A DNA stretch of 64,000 nt from an uncultured bacterium (GTDB taxonomy: Bacteria; Verrucomicrobiota; Verrucomicrobiia; Verrucomicrobiales; DEV007): positions 320,001-384,000 of the forward strand of contig CAXBMO010000002.1 in assembly GCA_963977015.1 (NCBI GenBank), in the 5' to 3' direction. The notes beneath the pieces were generated by a model, which made no database searches, was not told where the DNA came from, and worked only from the letters and a program-made list of their open reading frames with translations. This document shows positions 1-10,131 of this stretch, piece after piece. The first letter of the stretch is position 1. Every line of letters begins with the position of its first letter. A program made the translations under genes and the position numbers.

Positions 1-2
1 AC

Positions 3-1874
3 TACGAAGTGGCGTTCGAGCCCGAGGAGGACATTGCCCTGGCCCAGCCCATTTACCTTCGTTGGTTTGGAATGTCGTTCATGCGAAACGTGATCGCTGC
101 GGGGCATGAACTCGTTATCTACGGTCAGCCCAAGGCGATGAAAGGGCGGCTTGTCATCAGCCATCCCGACTACGAAATCATCGAGCCCGGAGGCGATTCC
201 GCGGCGCACATGGGCCGAATTACACCGATTTATCCAGCCACGAGCGGCCTGCAGCAGCGTTTTCTCCGCAGCTGGGCTTATCGCGCCATCTCGCGATTGG
301 ATGAGCTGGCCGAGACGGAAACGCACTCGCCAATCGACACCGTATTGCCAACTTCCGCACTTGATGCCATCGATCCGGGTTTCGCGCCTCCCGACAGGCT
401 GTGGGCTCTCAAGCAGGTCCACTTCCCAGATTCCATGGCCGACATGGAACGTGCCCGCGAATACCTTGCCCTGGAAGAATTTGTCGCGATGCAGATCCAG
501 ATTCTGCGCCGGAAACAGGCGATTGAAGCGGAATTGGGCGAGCCCCACTGTGGCGAGGGTCATCTCTTCAACGATTTCCTGGAATTGCTTCCCTTCGACC
601 TGACTGGAGCGCAAAAACGCACCATTGGCGAAATTCGCGCAGACATGGAGGCCCACCGCCCCATGAATCGCCTCCTGCAAGGTGATGTTGGCGCAGGAAA
701 AACCATGGTGGCTTTCGCTGCGATGCTTTTTGCGGTCGAAGCCGGATTTCAGGCTGCGATGATGGCTCCCACTCAGATTCTTGCTGAGCAACACTTCCTC
801 GGGTTCCAGAAGTTCGCCCAAAAGCTGGATCTCAAAATCAGTCTGCGAACCGGAAGCAAAAGCGATGCGAATTTCGCTGGAGGTGAGCTCTTTGGGGAGG
901 CCAGACCGGACATCATCGTTGGAACCCACGCCCTGATTCACGACAAGGTAAAATTCGAAAATCTGGGGCTGGTCGTCGTCGATGAGCAACACAAATTCGG
1001 GGTCGCCCAACGCAGCAAATTGGCCGCTCAGGGTTCCAATCCGGATGTGCTCGTGATGACCGCCACTCCGATTCCGCGAACGCTCACGATGACCGCCTAT
1101 GGCGATCTGGATGTCTCCATTCTCGACGAACTCCCCGCCAACCGGGGTGAAATCATCACCGGAGTTCGGGAAACCACAAAAACTCAGCAAGCGGCGTCCT
1201 TCCTGATGCAGCACCTGGATGCGGGCCGCCAAGCCTACATCGTTTATCCGCTGGTGGAACAGAGCGACAAGCTGAAGTCGCAAGCTGCAACTGTGGAATT
1301 TGAGGCGTGGCAAAGGCGGCTTTCAAAATACAACTGCGCCCTGTTGCACGGAAAGATTCCCCCGGAAGAAAAGGAGTCGATCATGGCCGACTTCCGCGAT
1401 GGAAAGACCGACGTTTTGGTCGCAACCACGGTCATCGAAGTCGGGGTCGATGTGCCCAATGCGAACATCATGCTGATCTACAGCGCCGAACGCTTTGGGC
1501 TGGCCCAGCTGCACCAGCTACGTGGCCGGGTCGGCCGAGGCGAGCACAAGAGCTACTGCGTGCTCATGGTGGATCCCAAGAACGCAGAAGCCAAGGAACG
1601 CCTGAAGATCATGGAACAAACTCGGGACGGCTTCAAAATTGCCGAGGAAGATCTCAAGATTCGGGGTCCAGGGGACATCCTGGGAACCAAGCAGGCAGGG
1701 CTGCCGGATCTTCGATTTGCCGAGAAATTGGGAGACGCCAAATTCGTCCAGAAATCCCGCGATATTGCCCAGCACATCCTGGATCATGATTCGGAACTGG
1801 CGAGCCCGGAGAACTGGCCTCTCCGTGCGGTGATTCAAAGCGCCAAGTTTGAAAAAGCGGCGCAAAATGCCTGA
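3..1874 (+). CDS. recG: ATP-dependent DNA helicase RecG (5'-truncated by window edge)
   Basis: MNRLLQGDVGAGKT (motif I), DEQHKFGV (II), MTATPIPRT (III), QLHQLRGRVGRG (VI), DLKIRGPGDILGTKQAG; the frame is open from position 3. Confidence 0.97.
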   Translation, partial: YEVAFEPEEDIALAQPIYLRWFGMSFMRNVIAAGHELVIYGQPKAMKGRLVISHPDYEIIEPGGDSAAHMGRITPIYPATSGLQQRFLRSWAYRAISRLDELAETETHSPIDTVLPTSALDAIDPGFAPPDRLWALKQVHFPDSMADMERAREYLALEEFVAMQIQILRRKQAIEAELGEPHCGEGHLFNDFLELLPFDLTGAQKRTIGEIRADMEAHRPMNRLLQGDVGAGKTMVAFAAMLFAVEAGFQAAMMAPTQILAEQHFLGFQKFAQKLDLKISLRTGSKSDANFAGGELFGEARPDIIVGTHALIHDKVKFENLGLVVVDEQHKFGVAQRSKLAAQGSNPDVLVMTATPIPRTLTMTAYGDLDVSILDELPANRGEIITGVRETTKTQQAASFLMQHLDAGRQAYIVYPLVEQSDKLKSQAATVEFEAWQRRLSKYNCALLHGKIPPEEKESIMADFRDGKTDVLVATTVIEVGVDVPNANIMLIYSAERFGLAQLHQLRGRVGRGEHKSYCVLMVDPKNAEAKERLKIMEQTRDGFKIAEEDLKIRGPGDILGTKQAGLPDLRFAEKLGDAKFVQKSRDIAQHILDHDSELASPENWPLRAVIQSAKFEKAAQNA

Positions 1875-1883
1875 CGCAGACGG

Positions 1884-2201
1884 TCAGGAGTATTTCACAT
1901 CCTTACCCGGCTCCATCTCATAGAGTAGCTCCTGGGTCGATGTGGTATAAGGCTTCACAACCTCTTCCTTAAACTTGATGTAGATCGGATCGTCCTGATA
2001 CATCTCCATTTTGTCGAGTGACTCAAAATCGATTGCCACGTAAAATGGCCACATCGTATCCTCGGTAATCCGCTTTCCGGAACTGATATTCAGCACCTCG
2101 GGAATTTTCAGGAGCTGACTGCGACTTGAACGAATCATGTCCTCAAGTTGCTCGTCCGAGACGTCGGGCTTCAGCTTGTAGAGTGCGATGTAATGGACCA
2201 T
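1884..2201 (-). CDS. Dabb family (stress-responsive A/B barrel) protein
   Basis: 105 aa; MVHYIALYKLK start and ...DFESLDKMEMYQDDPIY pattern typical of Dabb. Confidence 0.8.
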   Translation of the reverse strand: MVHYIALYKLKPDVSDEQLEDMIRSSRSQLLKIPEVLNISSGKRITEDTMWPFYVAIDFESLDKMEMYQDDPIYIKFKEEVVKPYTTSTQELLYEMEPGKDVKYS

Positions 2202-2283
2202 GGGAAGTAGGCGAACACCAAGAAGGTTAGCAGTCTTCGTCGCCGCCCATTTAGTGCCCTATTTCAGTCTCTTTTGCAATCCG

Positions 2284-2658
2284 TTAGTTATCCCATCGAA
2301 GCGCACCTTTTTTGAGCGCATAGATGTAGGCTACGAATAAAATTCCCACAAAACTGAGCATGCTCCAAAACATCGTTAATCCGTGCTCACCAATCATGCT
2401 GGTGAAGTTGACCGCCCAGGGATACATGAAAACGACTTCGATATCGAAAATCACGAACAGCATCGCCACGAGGTAGAATTTTACGCTGAAGCGGGGCTGA
2501 CCGTCGCCAACGGGAAGCATCCCGCACTCATACGCGCTATCCTTGACCACATTCTTTCGACCACTCCGCCCGAGAACCACACTCGAAATGAGGATCGCGA
2601 CTGCCAATCCGGTCGCGACGAGGATTTGGAGCAAAACGGGCAAGTAATCCTGGATCAT
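2284..2658 (-). CDS. nuoA: NADH-quinone oxidoreductase subunit A
   Basis: YECG, FSVKFYLVAMLFVIFDIEVVFMYPWA, KKGALRW; start placed at MIQDY (ATG 2658). Confidence 0.95.
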   Translation of the reverse strand: MIQDYLPVLLQILVATGLAVAILISSVVLGRSGRKNVVKDSAYECGMLPVGDGQPRFSVKFYLVAMLFVIFDIEVVFMYPWAVNFTSMIGEHGLTMFWSMLSFVGILFVAYIYALKKGALRWDN

Positions 2659-2702
2659 AAAGCTGAATGAGAATGGTTCGGCGCGAGACGCCATGCCCGG
2701 AA

Positions 2703-2749
2703 AAGTGACAAGCGGTGCAACGCAGCTTTGACTGCATTACACCGCTTGT
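2703..2749 (-). terminator. Long hairpin between the small ORF and nuoA (possible terminator or attenuator)
   Basis: Minus strand ACAAGCGGUGUAAUGCAG-UCAAAG-CUGCGUUGCACCGCUUGU forms 18 bp with 2 G-U pairs, followed by CACUUUU. Confidence 0.5.
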
Positions 2750-2880
2750 TGTCGAAGACAAGAAAAAGATTGGTGGGTTTTTCGAGAAGAAAAATTAAAC
2801 CAAAATTCTTCCTTCTTTAATCTTCACCCGGCTTTCGCTCGGGCGTTAACATTCATTAGACTTGGTGATTAGGATGCGCG

Positions 2881-3219
2881 TTACTTTGCAGCGGCGGCAG
2901 CCGCAGCAGCAGCAGCTTTAGCAGCGGCTGCAGCAACAAATGCGCTTGATGCTTCCTCGAGACGCTCGAGTCCACGGTATTGCTTACCCTCTTTTTCAAC
3001 CAGGCCCCGAGTGCACAGATTCTGGAGCTTTTCATACGCCCGGAGTCGAAGCATCTCTTCGCCTCCGCTCACCGCATTCCGTTTCTTGAGGTTCTCATAA
3101 ACTTCCTCAAACAGATCGTTAAACGCGAACTGTTTGGGTGCTGATAAGACTGCCACAAGTTCATCCGTCACATGATCCGGAACACGACGAGAGAATCTAG
3201 TTCTTCTTGTAGTAGACAT
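2881..3219 (-). CDS. Small hypothetical protein, possible winged-helix fold, with Arg-rich N-terminus and poly-Ala tail
   Basis: 112 aa; helical core followed by LCTRGLVEKEGKQY hairpin-like segment; C-terminal AAAAAKAAAAAAAAAAK. Confidence 0.7.
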   Translation of the reverse strand: MSTTRRTRFSRRVPDHVTDELVAVLSAPKQFAFNDLFEEVYENLKKRNAVSGGEEMLRLRAYEKLQNLCTRGLVEKEGKQYRGLERLEEASSAFVAAAAAKAAAAAAAAAAK

Positions 3220-3507
3220 AGTGCACTGAGTTTAGCACTGATCGGTAGTCTTTGCGAAGTCTTTTCGATACCGCTCGCCCATTTGTGTCTCATCGCTGAG
3301 ACCTGTTCCAGAATCAGACAAAACGTGTTGACAATGGGTGCTTTTTGCCGTTTTCAGGGATTGTTTTCTTGAGACGGAGAACCTTGTTCTTTTTTTGTTC
3401 AAAAAAGCGATTTTTCCGCCTTTTTTGCCCCTGATCGACCGTGATGCGTCCATGAGTTCGAGCTTTATTTTTTTTGCTCGGGCGAGCTCCTCAAAATGAG
3501 AATGTCA

Positions 3508-4446
3508 TCACGAACCGGCCTCCCCATAAATCTGGGCAATTTCCACGAAAATCGCCTCCAGTTTTTCATAGTAGTCGGCCTCGCTTAACTCGTCGCGATT
3601 CTCACGCAATTTTTCGGCTTCCACCTCCAATTCATTGCGCCGCGCCCGTGCTTCGGCCGAAAGCTGGCGATCCAACTCTCCCGGCACCAGGTGAAGGTTG
3701 CGGGAACGTTGACCATCGGGAATCGCCTCTTCACCAACGTTCTTCGCAACGCGCATCCCATCAAACCAGTCCGCGCGAATCCCCTTGCCATCGCCGTTAT
3801 CGTCAATCAAAGCCTGCTCAGTGGCAAGCCGACGCTCTTTCTCATAAAACTCCGCCGTATGGCTTGAAGCCAGCAGAAAGGCCTCCAGAACCGAAATCTG
3901 GCCGTCCTTGTTCAAATCCGCGAGATTGGATTGGAGAGACTTCGCCAAATACTTCCCGAATCTTGTGATATTGACCTCCGCCCCGCTCTTCGTTGCCGTG
4001 ATCACGGTTCGATTCGGCCCCTTGAGCGCCGGGATGAAGGGCGCGCTGGCCGACGCCGTATTGATGAATACCAATTCGCCGCTTGTCCATCCCTCGAACC
4101 ACTCTCCCAGTTCGCTTGCCGACACATCGTCCCCTTCCAGATTGAATTTGGCGCTCCGGCCATCAAAGGTCCCGTGCCCAATCAGGACCACCCACAGCTC
4201 CTGGGGCTTCGCCTCGACCTGTCTTTCAATCTCAGACTTGAGCCGCTCTCGACTATCGATCAACGTCGTGCTCACATCCCCGGCACGCTCCGCGGCCTGA
4301 GCCCACTGCGTCGCCGCCTCCGCAAAGGGAACCGCAAACTCCAGCGAGCCCTCCGCGCCGATCACAATCAACAACTCGCGATCCCTGGCCAGGCCCCAAC
4401 CTGGGACCATCACGACCGCCAAAGATGCTAGCAGGAGTCGAACCAT
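3508..4446 (-). CDS. Secreted hypothetical protein, caspase/legumain-like fold candidate
   Basis: Signal peptide MVRLLLASLAVV...; VLIGHG motif, FINTASAS and VITAT strands; EF-hand-like ADLNKDGQIS. Confidence 0.6.
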   Translation of the reverse strand: MVRLLLASLAVVMVPGWGLARDRELLIVIGAEGSLEFAVPFAEAATQWAQAAERAGDVSTTLIDSRERLKSEIERQVEAKPQELWVVLIGHGTFDGRSAKFNLEGDDVSASELGEWFEGWTSGELVFINTASASAPFIPALKGPNRTVITATKSGAEVNITRFGKYLAKSLQSNLADLNKDGQISVLEAFLLASSHTAEFYEKERRLATEQALIDDNGDGKGIRADWFDGMRVAKNVGEEAIPDGQRSRNLHLVPGELDRQLSAEARARRNELEVEAEKLRENRDELSEADYYEKLEAIFVEIAQIYGEAGS

Positions 4447-4471
4447 CTGAGAATTCTTGATACCGCGCGGC

Positions 4472-5257
4472 TCAACGTTCCGCAATCGTATGCTTATGGA
4501 TAAACTCTACAATGGGGGTGGGATCTTCCAAACTATGCGGATGGTGGCCTACTCCGGGCTTGTGGATCACCTTGATACTTCCACCAAGCGCGAGGTAACG
4601 CGCTTCCACAATCGCCGTGTTCTCCGCCACCGGCACCACGTCATCCGCATCGCCAACCACGTGCAGCAACGGAATCCCGGCCTTCGCCAGGGGTTCCAGC
4701 CGGTCGATCGGGTTGCCGCGATAGGCCAGCGCCTCTTCTTCCGTAAAACCATATGCGGCGAGACATTCCTTCCAGGCGCCCTCGCTCCCCTTCCCTTCGC
4801 CTTTTCCGCCGGGCCAACTCTTGAAGTCACAAACCGGCGCATCTCCATAGATGCAGCTCACCTTCTCCGGATTCTGCGCCGCCCAGTTGTAGATGATCAA
4901 TCCACCTCGACTCATGCCCTCCAGTGCGACCTTGCCCCACAGGCGATATTTCCCGGTCATCTCCGCGTAAAACGCATCCCAATGCGCAACGGCCTCCGGG
5001 CTCCCGAACAGGCCGCCGACATCACAGTAGGCCACGTGGAAGCCGCGCTCCAACAAGGCAATATCCGCCTGCGGTTCGTGACCAAAAAAGCGCGCGCGCC
5101 ACACCCACAAACGCCCGGCGTTCGCTTCCTTCGGCTCGACGAGAATGCACTTGCGCCCATCGACCTCGAAATCGGTCCGGGTAAAGCCGTGAAAGTCTGC
5201 GGCATGGCTCGTAAGGGCTGCAAACGCGGTAATGAGGATGATGAAGGGTCGGATCAT
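4472..5257 (-). CDS. Secreted alpha/beta hydrolase (esterase / prolyl-oligopeptidase-like)
   Basis: Signal peptide; GMSRGG nucleophile elbow; [15 protein letters not shown]. Confidence 0.85.
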   Translation of the reverse strand: MIRPFIILITAFAALTSHAADFHGFTRTDFEVDGRKCILVEPKEANAGRLWVWRARFFGHEPQADIALLERGFHVAYCDVGGLFGSPEAVAHWDAFYAEMTGKYRLWGKVALEGMSRGGLIIYNWAAQNPEKVSCIYGDAPVCDFKSWPGGKGEGKGSEGAWKECLAAYGFTEEEALAYRGNPIDRLEPLAKAGIPLLHVVGDADDVVPVAENTAIVEARYLALGGSIKVIHKPGVGHHPHSLEDPTPIVEFIHKHTIAER

Positions 5258-6276
5258 GAAGAAAACTGAAGGTGGATTTTGGTAAAGTTGCCGGGATTTT
5301 GATGCCAGTCCTCCAAAGCCGCGCCGGCTTCGTCCAGACTGACTTCTCGATTCACGACTTCGTGAAGCGGAAACTTTCCAGCTTCCAAATATTGAATCAC
5401 AGCCGCGAAATCGTCCGGCATCGCATTCCGCGACCCTAGAATATCCAACTCTTTCTGCACGAAAAATTTCGTTTCGTACTCCACCGGCGCCTTGGCGTAG
5501 CCGATGTAGACGACCCGACCGGCGAAACTCACCTCCTCCACCGCGCTTCGGAACGTCTGCGGAGCCCCCACCGCCTCAATCGTCACTTCCGGCCCTTCTC
5601 CGCCGGTCAACTCCGCCAACTTCTCGTGCAAATCCTCCTCCGCGCCATTGATCGTGATGTCCGCACCGCAGTTCCGCGCCAGCTCCAGCTTCCGATCATC
5701 GAGGTCCACGGCAATCACCCGCGCCGAACGCGTCGCCGCTCCCGCAATCGCGCCCAAACCGATCGCGCCCGCCCCAAACACCAGCACCGTGTCCGCCTCG
5801 GTCACCCGGCCCCGGCTCACCGCGTGAAACCCCACCGTGAGCGGCTCCACCAATGCCATCTCAGAGAGCGAGAGGGTCGCCGACGTCAGCAACTTCTCCT
5901 GCGGCACGGCAAAGAACTCGCTCATCGCCCCATCGCGCTGCACCCCCATCGTCTCATTGTTGCGACAGCAGTTGAACCGCCCCTGACGGCACGCCGCACA
6001 AGCCCCACACGCCGTGTAGGGCGACACCAGAACCTGTTGCCCGATTCTCCATTCCGCCCCTACGCCCTCGCCCAGCTCCACAATCGTCGCGCCCACCTCA
6101 TGGCCGGGAATCCGCGGATAACTCACCAGCGGATTCGCCCCGCGATACGTGCTCAAATCCGACCCGCAAAAGCCGATTCGCTCGATCCTCAACAGCACCT
6201 CACCAGGCTTCACCACCGGATCCGCCACCTCCGTGATTCGCGATCTCCCCGGCTCCGTAATTTGAAAAGCTCTCAC
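5254..6276 (-). CDS. Zinc-dependent alcohol dehydrogenase family (sugar-acid/polyol dehydrogenase)
   Basis: [23 protein letters not shown] Zn sites, GAGAIG; GTG start at 6276 preceded by GGAGG. Confidence 0.9.
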   Translation of the reverse strand: MRAFQITEPGRSRITEVADPVVKPGEVLLRIERIGFCGSDLSTYRGANPLVSYPRIPGHEVGATIVELGEGVGAEWRIGQQVLVSPYTACGACAACRQGRFNCCRNNETMGVQRDGAMSEFFAVPQEKLLTSATLSLSEMALVEPLTVGFHAVSRGRVTEADTVLVFGAGAIGLGAIAGAATRSARVIAVDLDDRKLELARNCGADITINGAEEDLHEKLAELTGGEGPEVTIEAVGAPQTFRSAVEEVSFAGRVVYIGYAKAPVEYETKFFVQKELDILGSRNAMPDDFAAVIQYLEAGKFPLHEVVNREVSLDEAGAALEDWHQNPGNFTKIHLQFSS

Positions 6277-6330
6277 CCTCCAGTCATCCCAGACAATTGC
6301 CAACTTCGCAAGTTGCAGCTAGCTCTCCCC

Positions 6331-6804
6331 ATGATCCGCCCCGCCACCCCCGACGACATTCCCGCCATTCACGCGCTCCTGCTCGAATTGGCCGAGTTCG
6401 AAAAGATCACGGAATGGGTCGAAGCCACCGAGGAGTCCACCCGCAACGCCCTGTTTGGCGAACAGCCTACCGCAGAAGCCCTCGTTGCCGAAATCGACGG
6501 TCAAATCATCGCAACCGCCATCTTCTTTCAGAACTACTCCACCTTCGTCGGTCGTCCCGGCCTCTATCTCGAAGACATCTACGTCCAGCCCGCCCATCGC
6601 AGCAGCGGCATCGGTCGAGCCCTGCTCCGGGAACTGGCAATCCTCGCCCACGAACGGGGCTGTGGTCGCATGGAATGGACCGTGCTCGACTGGAACCAGC
6701 GCGCTATAGACTTTTACGAGAAACTCGGCGCCGAAATCATGACCGACTGGCGCCTCGTGCGGCTTCATCGCGACGGAATCGCCCGATTAGCTGATGAATC
6801 GTGA
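6331..6804 (+). CDS. GNAT N-acetyltransferase (diamine/SSAT-like)
   Basis: MIRPATPDDIP; YSTF..RPGLYLEDIYV; GIGRAL; WTVLDWNQRAIDFYEKLGA. The true start lies inside the longer track ORF. Confidence 0.9.
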   Translation: MIRPATPDDIPAIHALLLELAEFEKITEWVEATEESTRNALFGEQPTAEALVAEIDGQIIATAIFFQNYSTFVGRPGLYLEDIYVQPAHRSSGIGRALLRELAILAHERGCGRMEWTVLDWNQRAIDFYEKLGAEIMTDWRLVRLHRDGIARLADES

Positions 6805-6825
6805 GCGGGTGACTTGGTGAAGGCC

Positions 6826-7545
6826 TCAAATTCCGCCGAAACGGCGCTGGCGCTTGGCAAACTCCTCCAACGCGGCTTGGAGGTCGTCCTTCCGGAAATC
6901 GGGCCAGAATTTCTTGGTGATGACAATCTCGGCATAGCTGAGTTGCCAGAGAAGGAAGTTGGAGAGGCGCATTTCGCCCGAGGTGCGGATCATGAGGTCC
7001 GGGTCCGGGTAATAGCGGGTATAGAGGTGTTTGCTGAAGAGGTCGGGATCGAGCATGCCGATGTCGGCATGGCCTTCTTCGATGTGGCGGTAGAGGCTCT
7101 TGATGCCGTCGATGATCTCTTCGCGCCCGCCGTAGCTGAGGGCGAGGACGAGGGTGAGCCCGGTGTTCTCAGAGGTGGCGTCGATGGCGCCGTGAAGGGC
7201 TTTTTGGCAGTTGGCGGGTAGGTCGTTGAGCCGCCCGATGGCCTGGAGGCGGATGTTTTGCTGCTGGAGCTCCTTGCCTTTCTCCTTGAGAAAGCGCTCG
7301 AGTAACTTCATGAGGGCGTCGATTTCGTGCTTGGGGCGGGTCCAGTTCTCAGAGCTGAACGCGTAAAGGGTGAGGAACTCGACACCGAGGACGTTGCAGG
7401 CTTCGACAATCTCGCGGACCGATTCGGCACCGGCGCGGTGGCCCTCGCTCCGAGGTAAACCGCGCTCCTTGGCCCATCGGCCGTTCCCGTCCATGATGAC
7501 GGCGATGTGTCGGGGGATGCTGGAAGAAGAAGCTTCGTTGGGCAT
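6826..7545 (-). CDS. uppS: Isoprenyl transferase (undecaprenyl diphosphate synthase)
   Basis: PRHIAVIMDGNGRWA, YAFSSENW, RTSGEMRLSNFLLWQ, RRFGG. Confidence 0.96.
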   Translation of the reverse strand: MPNEASSSSIPRHIAVIMDGNGRWAKERGLPRSEGHRAGAESVREIVEACNVLGVEFLTLYAFSSENWTRPKHEIDALMKLLERFLKEKGKELQQQNIRLQAIGRLNDLPANCQKALHGAIDATSENTGLTLVLALSYGGREEIIDGIKSLYRHIEEGHADIGMLDPDLFSKHLYTRYYPDPDLMIRTSGEMRLSNFLLWQLSYAEIVITKKFWPDFRKDDLQAALEEFAKRQRRFGGI

Positions 7546-7717
7546 GGAAAGGTTGCAGATAACCGAGAACTCTCGTTCCGACAAGGATGGATCGCCGGAG
7601 AGGTTGGAGGAAATGCTGATGGAGAAGGACACGGAGTGGTGAGCCCCCACCTGACGAGCAGTTCCTCTAACACCACCAAATTCTGAAATCTTCTCCCCCC
7701 ATTTTCGTCCAATCACC

Positions 7718-9100
7718 ATGCTCCAGGCAGACAAACTCCAACAGGACCCCCGCGTGGTTGCCGCCAAACAAACCCTTTTGGAAGCGGTGCGCGAACATTC
7801 AACGGCGATTACCGGCCCGAAGCCGCCCGATCCGAAACACACGGCGCAATTCAGGGCTCAGTCCGAGGAATCCAACGATGTTCGCGGTCGCGGCTTGGCA
7901 TTGCCGTATCTCGCAAGCGGAATCGGCAATGGCGCGTGGGTGGAACTGACCGATGGAAGCGTGAAGCTGGATTTCATCAGCGGAATCGGGGTCCACATTC
8001 TCGGCCACAGCCATCCATTGATCGTGGAATCGGGGATCGATGCAGCGCTGACCGACACCGTGATGCAGGGCAATCTGCAAATGGCCTACGATTCGATCGA
8101 GTTGGGCCGGCTCTTGCTCGATTTGGCGAACCAAAACGGTGCGGCGCTCGGTCATTGCTTTCTATCCACCAGTGGAGCGATGGCGAACGAAAATGCGCTG
8201 AAGGTGGCGTTCCAGAACAAGGCCCCGGCCTCCCGCGTCCTGGCCTTTGAGGGCGCGTTTGCCGGTCGATCCATGGCGACCTGCCAGATCACGGCCCGTG
8301 CCGCCTATCGCAAGGGGCTCCCCGTGACGTTGAACGTGGATCGCGTCCCGTATTTCGACCATCAGGCCCCAAAGGGAAGCACCAAAGCTGCGTTGGACGC
8401 GATCGAGAAGCATCTCGCGGCGTTTCCCGGCGAACACGCGCTGATGGTGGTGGAACCGATTCTGGGCGAGGGAGGCTTTTATCCCGGCAGTTCGACGTTT
8501 TTCGAGGCCATCATGACGCGATTGCACGATGCCGGCGTTCTCATCTTCATGGATGAGGTGCAATCCTTCGGACGAACCTCAATGCCCTTCGCCTTTCAAC
8601 ACTTTGGGCTCGACCGCTTCGCCGACATCGTCAGTATCGGAAAAATGACTCAGGTTTGTGCCACGCTGTATCGCCCGGAATTGAATCCCGACCCGGCGCT
8701 CCTCAGCCAGACCTTCACCGCCAGCACCTCGGCGATTCGCGCCGCGCTCGCCATCTTGAACGAGTTCCAGAACGGCGACTACTTCGGACCGGAAGGGAAG
8801 ATCCTGCGGCTCGGGAGTCACTTCGCCAAGCGCCTGGGCGAGCTCGCTGAGAAACATCCCGACCTTCTCGAAGGCCCCTTTGGGCTTGGCGGCATGGTCG
8901 GCATGACCCCGTTCGGCGGCGATCCGAAAAAGGCGATGCCCTTCGTAAAACAGTTGTTCACCAATGGCCTGATGGGCTTCCCGGCAGGCAAGGAACCAGC
9001 CCGGGTTCGCTTCCTCCTTCCCTATGGCGCGATTGACGAGCAGGAAATCGACGTCGCGGTTGGCTTGATCGAGAAAACCCTGATCGAGTTTCAATCATGA
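7718..9100 (+). CDS. Class III PLP aminotransferase, probably AstC-like by context
   Basis: SGAMANENALK, EPILGEGG, DEVQS, SIGKM; ATGA overlap with astA. Confidence 0.85.
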   Translation: MLQADKLQQDPRVVAAKQTLLEAVREHSTAITGPKPPDPKHTAQFRAQSEESNDVRGRGLALPYLASGIGNGAWVELTDGSVKLDFISGIGVHILGHSHPLIVESGIDAALTDTVMQGNLQMAYDSIELGRLLLDLANQNGAALGHCFLSTSGAMANENALKVAFQNKAPASRVLAFEGAFAGRSMATCQITARAAYRKGLPVTLNVDRVPYFDHQAPKGSTKAALDAIEKHLAAFPGEHALMVVEPILGEGGFYPGSSTFFEAIMTRLHDAGVLIFMDEVQSFGRTSMPFAFQHFGLDRFADIVSIGKMTQVCATLYRPELNPDPALLSQTFTASTSAIRAALAILNEFQNGDYFGPEGKILRLGSHFAKRLGELAEKHPDLLEGPFGLGGMVGMTPFGGDPKKAMPFVKQLFTNGLMGFPAGKEPARVRFLLPYGAIDEQEIDVAVGLIEKTLIEFQS

Positions 9101-10131
9101 TTCCCCGCATTCGTCCCGTTCGCCTTGACGATTTGGACCCGCTGTTCGCGCTGGCACAACAAACGGGGTTCGGTCTCACCACGTTACCCCCGGAGCACAA
9201 GCTCCTGCAGCGTCGCATCAAGGAGTCGATCCAGGCTTTCGGACAATTGGTCCGGAAACCAACCGGCCAGACCTATCTCTTCGTTCTCGAAGTGGACGGC
9301 AAAGTCGCGGGAACGACCGGGATCGCGTCGAAAACCGGCGGGTTCGAACCGTTTTACACCTACCAGCTCGACTCCGAGCACTTTGAGTCGAAGACGCTCG
9401 GCGTGGCCCACGATGTCCAGGTTCTCAAACCGGTCGCGGAACACAGCGGCCCGGGCGAAGTCGGCAGCCTCTTCCTCGCACCGTCATCTCAAGGGCTCGG
9501 ACTTGGCGGATTGCTCTCGCGCTGTCGTTTTCTCTTCATGGCGGAGCATCCCCGCTTCTTCGAGAAAACGATCGTCGCCGAGCTGCGCGGCGTGATTGAC
9601 GAACACGGCTGTTCGCCATTCTGGGATGCGATCGGCGCCCACTTTTACGGCGTTGATTTTCAACGGGCGGATTTCCAAGTGTTGCGCGGCAAGGAATTCA
9701 TCGCCGAACTGATGCCGCGCCACCCGATCTATGTCCCCACCCTGCCGAAGGCCGCGCAAGAAGTGATTGGCCAGGTTCATCCCAACACGCTCCCGGCGCT
9801 GAAGATGCTGGAGCGCGAAGGCTTCAAGCCCAACGGCCAGATCGACATCTTCGAAGCGGGGCCGACGGTCTGTTGCGAACGCGAACAAATCCTGACCGTG
9901 CGGAATTCCCGCGTCGCCGAGCTTTCCAAAATCGCCAACCCGGCTGAATCCGCGCCCAAGGCGATCCTCTGCAACACAGAGATGGAGTTTCGGGCCTGCT
10001 ACGGCACCATCGAAGAACTCGCACCAGACCAGATTCGAGTCAGCCCCGAAGTCGCGGAAGCGCTCGAAACTGAGGTTGGCGATCAAATTCGCTTCGCCAT
10101 CCCTCCACCCAAACCTCCTCATGCCAGCTAA
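9097..10131 (+). CDS. astA: Arginine N-succinyltransferase
   Basis: GFGLTTLP, YLFVLE, EVGSLFL, SRCRFLF, AELRG..SPFW, ELMPRHPIY, IDIFEAGP. Confidence 0.93.
   Translation: MIPRIRPVRLDDLDPLFALAQQTGFGLTTLPPEHKLLQRRIKESIQAFGQLVRKPTGQTYLFVLEVDGKVAGTTGIASKTGGFEPFYTYQLDSEHFESKTLGVAHDVQVLKPVAEHSGPGEVGSLFLAPSSQGLGLGGLLSRCRFLFMAEHPRFFEKTIVAELRGVIDEHGCSPFWDAIGAHFYGVDFQRADFQVLRGKEFIAELMPRHPIYVPTLPKAAQEVIGQVHPNTLPALKMLEREGFKPNGQIDIFEAGPTVCCEREQILTVRNSRVAELSKIANPAESAPKAILCNTEMEFRACYGTIEELAPDQIRVSPEVAEALETEVGDQIRFAIPPPKPPHAS

Noticed and set aside
2888-2934. GCN trinucleotide run as a microsatellite or phase-variation tract
   Set aside because: Mixed Ala codons in frame; it is explained by the poly-Ala tail.
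5626-6330. N-terminal extension of the 392-aa ORF containing the GNAT domain
   Set aside because: It is antisense to the dehydrogenase and Arg/His-rich without motifs; the GNAT sequence begins at ATG 6331.
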